Source: the human T2T-CHM13v2.0 reference genome, Homo sapiens. Taken from it: a DNA stretch of 64,000 nt. This document shows positions 55,295 to 64,000 of this stretch, piece after piece (position 1 is the stretch's first letter; every line of letters starts with the position of its first letter). Made by a program: the position numbers and the translations under genes. A model generated the notes under the pieces. The model was not told the origin of the DNA, did not search any database, and saw only the letters and a program-made list of their open reading frames with translations. The stretch lies in NCBI RefSeq assembly GCF_009914755.1, contig NC_060947.1; one strand, written 5' to 3'.

Positions 55295-56578
55295 TAAGTT
55301 GAATACAGCAGTATACTTCAAACACACTTCAGCATACATATTAAATAAAGTTTAATATTTGTTTACAACATTTTTAGGCAAAATTTACTTCCAGTGAAAT
55401 GCACAAATACTAAGTGCATTGGCTGTCTAGGAGCCTTGCTATACATTTGTTGAGTTCTGACAGGTACATATGTTTAACTCAAACTCTTACCAAGATATAG
55501 AACATTGTCACCACCCCACAAGTTCCCTCTGCCCTTTTCCAGTCAATCTCTGTGCCACCTCCCATTGGCGAGCAGTGTTCTGAATTTGTTCCCCCATAGA
55601 ATAGCTGTTTTAGAATTTCATATAAAAGGAATTGTAGAGTTCATAGTCTTTTGTGTAAGGCTTCTATCACCCTTGAAGTTCCTTTTTACCAAGGATATAT
55701 ATTGAGCAAATTCAGATACTAAGTCATTTCGAAAGTGTCTGTGTATGCAACAGCTGAACACAGGAATTAACTTCTGGTTTGAATGCACCGGCCAAAAGAT
55801 GGCATCAGGGATGCCATGGGGAAGTAATCTGGCAGTGAGTAGGCAAGGACCTAGGGAGTCCTCCCAGAAGTAGCCTGGGGGATGGTGGTAGCTTGTGTTA
55901 TGGTAATAGGTCATAACCGGGATATAAGAGCAGCCAGTTTAGACCTGGGTCTCCAACAGAGACAGGATGGAGAAAGGGGAAAGGATTTGTCTTTTTAAAA
56001 ACCCAACAAGTCAGATCTCTGAAAGCAAAGCCTGGGGATATTTGCAAGTTTTGCATCTCTAAATACTTCTGAAGTAGAAAATGGGAGGCAATAAGTGATA
56101 TTTTGTATCATGCACTGGGCCTAGAACTCCATAGACACAATCTGATTTGATTCTCACAAGTGATCCATGAGGCGGCCATGATATTCCTCCATTTTAGAGA
56201 TGAGGTAGTGAGACTCTTCTTAATACTGGCTATTTTATGACAGAAAAATTATTTTTTCCCTTTAGAATTACATACTTCAAATTTGTGTGGTTGAATGACT
56301 TGCTTTGGGTCACTCAGATATCAATTTTATAGTCAGGATATAAATCTCAGTTGTGCCCATTTTATGAAGCAAAAGTTACTTTTATCTAACCCTAAAGATG
56401 AGACAACTGCAATTTTGGTGGCTGAGTATCTTTTTCAAGGTTACTAAGCTAACAACTACTGAAGCCAGTGCTGTACAGTTTCAAGGAATTATAATTGTTA
56501 TATTTTTAAATAATTTACGTAGCTTTCCCCTCTCAAAGACAATAATGAAGGTTACCCACCCAAGAACCAAGTCCTCAC

Positions 56579-59069
56579 CTGCACTGTCAGCTTCCTGGGT
56601 TTCCAAGTGTTGCCAGGTGCCAAGCTGCTGTCCTCGAGGGCACTGTGCTGAGGATTATGATAGCAAACTGAACACCGAATGCATTGGTGGTGGTGGCACC
56701 GGCAGTTGTAGCAATTTGGCATCATATTTCTCTTTAGCAAGGCAGGGCAGATTTCCCCAGAACAATAAATGCAAGGATCATGGACTAGAGCTCCTTGAAC
56801 ACTGCAGGAGTAAGAGCAGGTCCTGTGGTAATCAAAATCACCACAGTGTAGTGGCTTACAACACATGGAATTTTCTAGACCTTTGCTTGCAAAACATTCT
56901 GAGTAAGTGGGAGTTTCTGACTGAAGGGGTGACATGGAATGATATGATTGGTCTGTGGCATGATATGGTTGGTCTGCGGAATGATATGATTGGTCCATGG
57001 GATGGCGCCTCAATTCCCTACAGCTGGAGCTCATTGGCTGGAAGTTTTGGTCTATAGGTTTTGGTCTCTGGGTAAAAGTCTTGTTGCTATGAGTGGTTAA
57101 ACCTGGCAAATGAGATGTAGATAAGGATTTGCTACTCTCTTCAAAGAACTTTCTTCTGTCTGCAAAAGGCAAGAGGATGGCATCCTCCCCAGCTTGAGCA
57201 GTAGAAGCCTTCAATTCCTTGTTGTCACCTGGGTTGGAAGGGCCTTCCATGGCTGCTGCCACAAGTGGCTGTGAATTATGCTCTGGAGACCATCTCCAAT
57301 GACCTCCACGGACTCCACAGTGAGCATGTGCTTTCTCAGGGTCTGAGGAGGATGGGTCAGGTGCTTTCCACCAGGTGTTCAGGCCCAAAGAGGACTGGCC
57401 AGGCCTCTGGCCAGGGCTTATTCGTCCCTCTAAGCCTGTCCTAGATTCATGGCTCTCAGGGGCTTGGCTGAGGCACTCGGAAGACCTAGCTCTGAGCATC
57501 ATGCTTTTGTTGAAGAGCTTGTCTCTGGGGCTGGGAGGTTTTTTACATGAAGATAGAAGAGATGTGTTAGAGGCAGTGAGTGGAGGACTTTCTGGGGGCT
57601 CCTGGGTCTCTTCCACTGGCTCCTTAGTGTCACACAGCTGTGACAAGGGACCCTTGCTTTTCTGGAGCTGGGCCTTCCTCCTCTGAATTTCATTACGCAG
57701 ATTGGTAGCAAAACGCTCACTCTTCCGCCGGTTTTGGATCGAGCGGCCCCGGGTCCCTCCACTTCGCCTACCACCCATCCGGCTGCACTCCTTGGGCTCG
57801 CTGTCCCCTTCTTCACCTGCCTCTGTGCCACTAGCTGCTTTAGTGGTTGAAGAACAGTCCGTGGCTTGTTGAACAAGGGAGCCAGAGGCAGAGGGTTGCT
57901 GGTTGGCCAATTCACTGGCTGCTCTGCTTGTTCTGTTTGGGTCCAGGAAACCTTTTTCTGAGGGGTGTCCATCAGCCTCTCCATGTGGGGGACTGCTTTG
58001 GCTCTGGTGTCCCAAAACTAAAGACCTGTCATCCACTTGTCTGGTCTTTCTTTCTTTGCTGGACTGGTCATGGGTTCCTCCTGTAGGGGGGCATGGACTT
58101 TTCTTCCCTTTGTGGCTGCTGTGCAAAGGGGACAGAGTCCACTGGTGCCCATCCTGTACGGGTGGGAGCTCCATCCCTTTGCTGCCCCTGGTATCAAGGT
58201 GCACATGCTGCAGGTGGGATGCCAGCAGCTGTTCAGGGGCACTATGGCGATGCCCTGTGGGTCCTATGAGATGTGGAGGTCTGCCAAAAGAAGCCTTAGC
58301 TAGCTCTGCAGAAGCCTCATTGAGTGGGTTGGAATCCACGCTGGAAGCTCTGTCACAGGCTTTTGGGGATCCAACAGCTTTGGTTGAGGCCTGCATCAGT
58401 AGATGCTCAGAGCCCTGTTGGCTGGATTCAGGAGGCTGACTGAACTCACAGTTCTGATGGCCCTCACTTGTCACTTGGTCATGCCCACTGAGGCAACAGA
58501 ACCTATTAGGGTTCCTTGCGGGTAGCACAGGCTCTAAGCTCAGTTTCTCCTTCTGTGGCAAGGGGACCACAGGCTCAGATGCCCTGCGCTGCTCTCCATT
58601 GAGGAGTTGGGCTCTGGAGGCCTGAAGGCTGTCCCGCCTCACTGGAGGTTGTGGTGGGCCCCTGACTGCTTTGGCGGGCCCTGACTGGTATCCCTCCTGT
58701 GGACGGGATGACATCTGAGAGCTGGGGGTCAGGTGGCCCCCATTGGTGCGCCGACTACCTCCTGAGGTCTCAGCCACATTAGGCCGGCCACTGGGGGCCT
58801 TAGTTGGCCCTGGGCCTTGCATGATGCAGTCTGTAGAGGCTGGCTCCTCTGGCCTGAGGGAAAGGGCACAGTCAGAAGCATTTGAGCTGGCCGAGAAGGA
58901 GCTGTAGGCTGAGTCACGCTGGTTAGGGTACATGTTCTGGTCAATAGGCAACAGATGGCTCTCATAGGTGGCTTGGCCTGGTTGCTCCAGGCTCTCCATG
59001 CTGCCAATGGAGCTGCTTTTCTCGGTGCTGCAATGCCGGGAGAGTGGACACCACTGCACACACACGTCA
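56579..59069 (-). CDS. SHROOM4: SHROOM4 large central coding exon (exon 4, 2491 nt)
   Basis: Lies within the 842-aa ORF 56552-59080. Acceptor tcttacag| at 59070-59071, donor CAG|gtgagg at 56578. Contains the Shroom-family motif RDSAYSSFSASS, FADRRKFFEE and a Cys/His-rich segment. Confidence 0.97.
56933..56995 (-). repeat. Coding 21-bp x3 tandem repeat (DQSYHSA/DQPYHAT/DQSYHSM)
   Basis: GACCAATCATATCATTCCGCA-like unit repeated three times in exon 4. Confidence 0.9.
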
Positions 59070-59499
59070 CTGTAAGACACAGGGCATACTGGTTAGTTAG
59101 CGAAGTCATGGCCAGCCCTACTATAGGAGAGGGCAGGCCAGCCCAGAGGTACCCATGCCACAAAAGAGAGGAGGGTAGGCAAAAAAAAAAAAGGGGGAAG
59201 AAAGGGAAACAGGGAAGAAGATGGACATTGGGGTGCCTCAGGGGCTTAGTAAAATGGGACACAAGATGATATATGGAAAAAAGATGGGGAAACACCCCAA
59301 AGACTAAAAGTGGGAGAGCTCTATGGGGGTTATCCTCTATTTCCCTGACATTAGCAAGTCTGAAATTGCTTCTAGGCTGTCCCTGTCCCTAGGGAGTCAG
59401 CATGTGGCTCCCTGCCAAAAGAGACAATCACAGAATATCAGCATTAGAGAGGGGCCCTAAAGGGCTGATTCAGTTTTAGCCGGACCATTTTGTAAATAA

Positions 59500-59690
59500 A
59501 TCAGTGATTCTCAAACTTGAGCATGTGCGTCAGAATCACATGCAGGGCTTGTTGAAACACGGGTCACTTGTCCTCATCCTAGAGCTTTAGGTCTCGGTGA
59601 ATCCTGAGAATTTGTACTTCCAACAACTTCCCAGGTGCTGCTGGGGCTGCTTGCTCATCCAGCAATCACACTTTTGAGAACCACTGGTGT
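59500..59690. mobile_element. MER5A
   Basis: 'cagtgattctcaaacttgagc...tcagaatcac...cttttgagaaccactg'. Confidence 0.8.
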
Positions 59691-59891
59691 AAAGCAAGCC
59701 CAGCAAAGGGAAGTGATTTTGAGATGGTGATTTACTCAAGAACACCCAGCTCTAACTACTGGCACAGACAGGGCTGTAATTCAGGTGTTCCCCTATTCTT
59801 TTCTTGATAATAGCAATCCTGACTATTTACTGAGGACCTACAATGTGCCGGACACTTTACAAGGTTTCATTTCAAGCTGAAGAGGACAGAT

Positions 59892-60106
59892 CTTTTTTTT
59901 TCTTTTTCAACCTTTATTTTAGATTCCGGGGGTACACGTACAGGTTTGTTACAAAGGTATATCACATGATGCTGAGGTGTGGAGTACAATTGAACTCATC
60001 ACCTGGGAAGTGAGCAGAGTACCCAACAGGTAGTTTTTCAACCCTTGTCCCACTTCCTTTCTCCCTGCTTTTGTATTCTCCAGTGTCTATTGTTCCCATC
60101 TTTATG
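59892..60106 (-). mobile_element. Short L1PA (older, PA10-16-like) 3' end inserted in a MIR
   Basis: 'ttttattttagattccgggggtacacgtacaggtttgttac...gtgtctattgttcccatctttatg'. TSD ggacagat (59884-59891 and 60107-60114). Confidence 0.85.
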
Positions 60107-61139
60107 GGACAGATTATTATCTACACTTCACAATGGAAGAATCTTAAGCTTAGAGAGGTAAAGTAAACTGACAAACTCACTAAGCTGCTGAAGAAGCACA
60201 GCTGGAATCTGAATCAGGCCTGAGTCCAGTGTCTTAGCGCTACTGCCATATGGTCTTTTAAATAGGAATAATAGTAATAGCTATATCAGAGGGTTGATGT
60301 GTAGATAAAGCAGATAGTAAATGTAAAGTCCTTACCACAGCCCAGGTACCTAGCAAGGGTTCAATACATGGCAGCTGCTACTCTCTTGATTATTAGTTTT
60401 TGCCATCAGGATCCTCTCTAATACTAGTATTGATAATATAGGGGCCTCTGCCCACCCACGCCTCCCCCAACTCCCACAGCAAAGCCAAACCTGGAAGACC
60501 AAGGGAAGGGCTAGGATCAGATGCAATCTTCAATTTTAAGTACCATTTCCCAAACACAAAGCCAAACTGAACCAAGTCATGCCAGTAACTCCCTTTGACT
60601 AGAACCCGAGAGGTTGCAGGCTGCTCTCAGAAAGGCCATAGTCTAGAAAGCCAGAGTTGAACTGTGGCAGCAGCCCATGAGACCCTCAGGTCATTTTCTG
60701 CTCATTCTTGCTCCCTGCCTTGCCCCTTAGTCAGTCAGCTCACTTGTTCTCTGGGCAAGGAATCCATCAATTTCTTATTGGCAAGGGAACCTGCTACCCA
60801 CTCCACCACTATTCCTGCTGAAAAGAACAAAAACAAAAACAAATCCTCACTCAAACAGGAGCCAAGCTCAAGAATGTCAAAGTGTGTTTCTGCATATTCT
60901 TCCAGAACAAAACTGCCTGTGCCCTGAGCCCTTGGTTTCCAAATAAAGTCACCGAATTGGGGTAAACGCAACCCTTAGTTTCTCTGAACCTGCAACAGAA
61001 ATCCCTTCTTGGAGGGAAGCTCTTGTGGAAGGGAAAAGGCAGTGAAGGGCAGCACCTTTGCTGGCTCTCAGCCTGAAGAAAACGTTGTCTGCCTCTTGGG
61101 CAACTGTTTCAACAATGGTTATTCAGGAAGGTCCCTATT

Positions 61140-61470
61140 TTGAAGGCTTTGGCTATGTGACAGAGGTAATAAAGACCAGATAAGGGCACCAGTGAGTCGC
61201 CATTGACAGAGAAGCAGGCCAGAACTGAGCCCTGGGGTCCTCCTACATTAAGAGACAGGAGAACAAAAGGAATTAGGAAAAGAGATACGGAGAAAGAACA
61301 GCTAGTGAAATAGAATGAAAAGCAGGACAGTGTGGTGTCTTGTAAGCCCAATGAGGTATTTCAAGGAAACATCATCCAGAAGGAAAGGGACTAGCCCAAA
61401 ATCACAGAGAATTAGCAAGAGACTAGCACTTGAACTCAGGTACTCTGGACTCCCACTTGCTTTTCCATTA
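61140..61470 (-). mobile_element. L2 fragment followed by a MIR fragment
   Basis: 'aactgagccctggggtcctcctacatt...gtggtgtcttgtaagccc'. Confidence 0.6.
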
Positions 61471-61574
61471 TAGTACTTGAGGCTCTAACATCCAACAGGG
61501 ACTAGAGCAGAGGAGGAGGAGTGTCCAAGGTGTCTACCCTCCAGCCTGTCTTGAGGGGAGGGCTCTAGACTCAC

Positions 61575-61709
61575 CTTGTGTTGCAGCCAGAATGCCAGGA
61601 CAAGCTGAAGGCTTCAGAAGGGAAATGCATGGTGGTGGCTGCTTCAGGGCATCCCTCCAGCAGCTTGGCCACATGCCATGAGTGCGGCCTACTGACAGGG
61701 GCGTTCCTC
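61575..61709 (-). CDS. SHROOM4: SHROOM4 coding exon (exon 3, 135 nt, phase 2-2): RNAPVSRPHSWHVAKLLEGCPEAATTMHFPSEAFSLSWHSGCNT
   Basis: Acceptor tcttgctgtag| at 61710-61711 and donor AG|gtgagt at 61574. Splices in frame to the next exon (AG+T = Ser, then DVCVQW). The RPHSWH motif follows the Shroom PDZ domain. Confidence 0.93.
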
Positions 61710-61894
61710 CTACAGCAAGAAAGGGACAGGAAGTGGGCTGAAGGAACCAGAGCTGAAATCACTTCCCAGGCAGCTTCCGCCCCACCCCCTCTTTTCCTTC
61801 AGTAAAGTAGAACATCTTGCAAGGAACTGGTGTGGGAATCTTAGTGGCCCTCCTGAGCTCCTAGTTCTCAAGTCTCCTTCATTCTGGAGATATG

Positions 61895-62000
61895 GAATGT
61901 CAGCTTCATAGGGCTGCTTTGTTCACAAGAGTATCCTGAGCACGTATCACAGTGCTGGACACATAGTAGATGTTCAATAAATATTTGTGGAATAAATGAG
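61895..62000 (+). mobile_element. L2 3' end
   Basis: 'cagtgctggacacatagtagatgttcaataaatatttgtggaataaatga'. Confidence 0.75.
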
Positions 62001-62659
62001 TGCTGCTGCCTAATGAACAGTGAGCACATCCTCACTTCTCTTTGAGAAAGAAAATCAATCTGGTCAATCTTCCCATTTTTCTCTGAGAAAGGAATGGGCA
62101 AGTGATTGAAAAGTTTGAACAGGTCAACACTGGGCTGTCAATTCTCCAATTTTTAGCCATTCATTGAATAAGCATTTGTTGTATGTTTACTGTGTGTCCT
62201 CTACGTGTAACTCTGGGATTACAGAGATGAATCCAATACAGTCTTTGCTCTTGAGAGCTTACAGACTAATGGGAGAGACAGAGCTGGTTCAAACAAAGCA
62301 TGGGATAGGTATTGACAGAGTGAAAGATAAGATGGGTACAGAGGTGAGACACCTGAGTTGGTAGGCAAACTGGTGGCAGGAAGCCCCAACTCCCGTGAGG
62401 GAAGATAGAACAAAGTGGTGAATGCACCATGTTAGGCTGACAGAGGAGATTGGCTGCTCAGCAGGTCAGGGGTATATAAAGGGAAATAGGCCTGAGGCCA
62501 TGACTCTGAATACAGCCACAACTTTTGCACTGACTGCCACATACAGGACCCATCGCTGTCCCCTGGCATACTTCGCATGAGCAGTTGCCACCCTTGCGAG
62601 TGGGGAAGAGTAGTGTGGTGAAGAGTACATGTGGGGCATGGATAATGCCAGGAGATAAA

Positions 62660-62920
62660 AAGGTGATTGATGGGAGGGAGAATGACAGAAGGAGGGAGAG
62701 TAGAGAGAGAATGGAGAGAGAGAGATGCTGGAAGCGCCAGACAAATGATAGAGATAAGAAGGAGAGATGATAGAGGGGAAAATAAATGACAGAAAAAGAG
62801 AAAACTCTGAGAAAGATTGTAGAGAAATATATAGTAGAGAGAAATGGATGACAGAGAAAGAGGTGAATGGCAGAGTAAAAGAAACATGATAAATAAGTAG
62901 ATGATACAGAAGTAAACAGA
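62660..62920. repeat. GA-rich low-complexity tract
   Basis: Purine-rich (AG/AAG/GATA) stretch. Confidence 0.7.
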
Positions 62921-64000
62921 AAAATTATTTTCATCAATTTATTCATATTTACTGTGCCAGGGTCCAGACTAGGCACTGGTAGCACAGGGTTGAATAGGAT
63001 AAGGGCCCCTGCCTTCAACAAGCTGGCTATATCGTGAGATAAAGCAGCTCTCTACCTCCCAGGAGCATTCATGGTCACACTCAAGCTGGAGGATTCCATC
63101 CTAGCTGGAAATGCCCCTCACCCCAGCAGAAGCATAGAAGATCTCAGTAGTACAAGGCTCTAGAGGGCTAAGGCCTAAAAAGATAGTCTTCAGAAGAATA
63201 GCCTTGCTGGGGAAAACAAGGATTGAGTGGTAATAGGCCAGACACAGACCAGGAGGTATAGGAGGAAGGGCAGGGGAAGCTGTTTGTCAAAGGCCAGGAA
63301 GTATAGCCACAGGTCAGCAACAGTGGCTAAGATTTAAGCGGAGGAAAGCCAGGTGAAGCCCCTAGCTTTGTAATCACATTGTTCTATTATTGATTTCAGA
63401 GTGCCCAGAGTGGGGGCTGAAGGCACAAGGAGACCTTGGGGGCTATGCTTGCTCTGGAGTCCTACACACAAAGCCACACTGCCGGGAAATCTCTCCAGCT
63501 GCTGCTACCAGGTAGTTATCCGGTCAACAACTATTTGTCAAGCATCTACCAGTAGTAGTACTATGTACCATGGGTATCTACTATGACCTATGCTTTTAGA
63601 CACTGAGGATATAGTGGTGAACAGGGTATCCTTCCTATTTCAAGCCTTTTTCCATATTTAGGGTTCTTGAGTTCTGGGTTTAAAGTGCGGGCAGTCAGCC
63701 TTGGTGCCACCTTCTCCCTAACCATCCAATCCCACACGGAGTTCTACTGAGTCTTTTTTTTATGATGTTTCTCTGGCCCTGGTTTGCTCTCTCTCTCTCT
63801 CCCCCTACCCCCCCTCCATTTTCACTGTGGCCATTAGACAGAACCACAGCTCTTCTCCCAGAACCCACCACCAGCAGCTCCTGTTCTAGTCCAGGCCCTT
63901 GAAACTTTATGCCCCAAATACTGCAGAAGTCTGCCGGCCTGTCTGCCTTGTTCTACCTCCAGTCACTGCTTTTAGGTCATATCATGTTAAACGCCAACTG

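Larger units (their letters stand above)
53965..55680 (-). mobile_element. Old L1MC-type 3' end (about 53965-54160 and 55300-55680) split by an oppositely oriented L1 fragment
   Basis: 'cacccatatacccagcacctagattctacaatt' and 'caagatatagaacattgtcaccacccca...cccttttccagtcaa'. Confidence 0.7.

Noticed and set aside
56398-59295. Plus-strand and alternate-frame ORFs over exon 4 (219, 178, 161, 188, 104 aa)
   Set aside because: Shadow ORFs of a long GC-balanced coding exon; no recognisable domain or independent splice or start evidence.
62470-62485. TATATAAA box on the plus strand in intron 2
   Set aside because: Isolated motif with no supporting promoter context.
62432-63021. Hydrophobic 151-aa and 187-aa ORFs resembling membrane proteins
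   Set aside because: Artefact of translating the CT-rich strand of a GA low-complexity tract.

Overview
This is primate (almost certainly human) genomic DNA. It holds the 3' part of SHROOM4 (KIAA1202, Xp11.22) on the minus strand. Seven coding exons can be spliced by hand with canonical AG/GT boundaries and a continuous reading frame: 61575-61709, 56579-59069, 51015-51076, 30826-31644, 26077-26257, 21704-21973 and 20133-20402. These are exons 3-9 by recalled numbering. They encode the large central exon, a polyQ/polyE tract and the C-terminal ASD2/SD2 domain, ending in ...GPSNF*. A long 3' UTR follows, with candidate AATAAA signals at about 16780 and 10256. The rest is intronic or downstream DNA rich in Alu, L1, L2, MIR, MER5, MaLR and one HERV-K-type solo LTR. 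I see no evidence of a wholly new biological system. The most notable hidden structures are: (1) a tailless retrocopy of a tRNA-Glu(TTC) 5' half with a ~20-bp target-site duplication (TSD), nested in a tailless L1 fragment; (2) a twin-primed, inverted L1 that supplies the distal poly(A) signal; (3) a polyQ/E allele with a visible 12-bp duplication; (4) inverted Alus around exons 6-7; (5) an intronic RFX/NF-Y/Sp motif cluster; (6) G-quadruplex motifs beside a weak splice donor and a poly(A) signal. Repeat subfamily names come from recalled consensus sequences, and the boundaries of old repeats are approximate.
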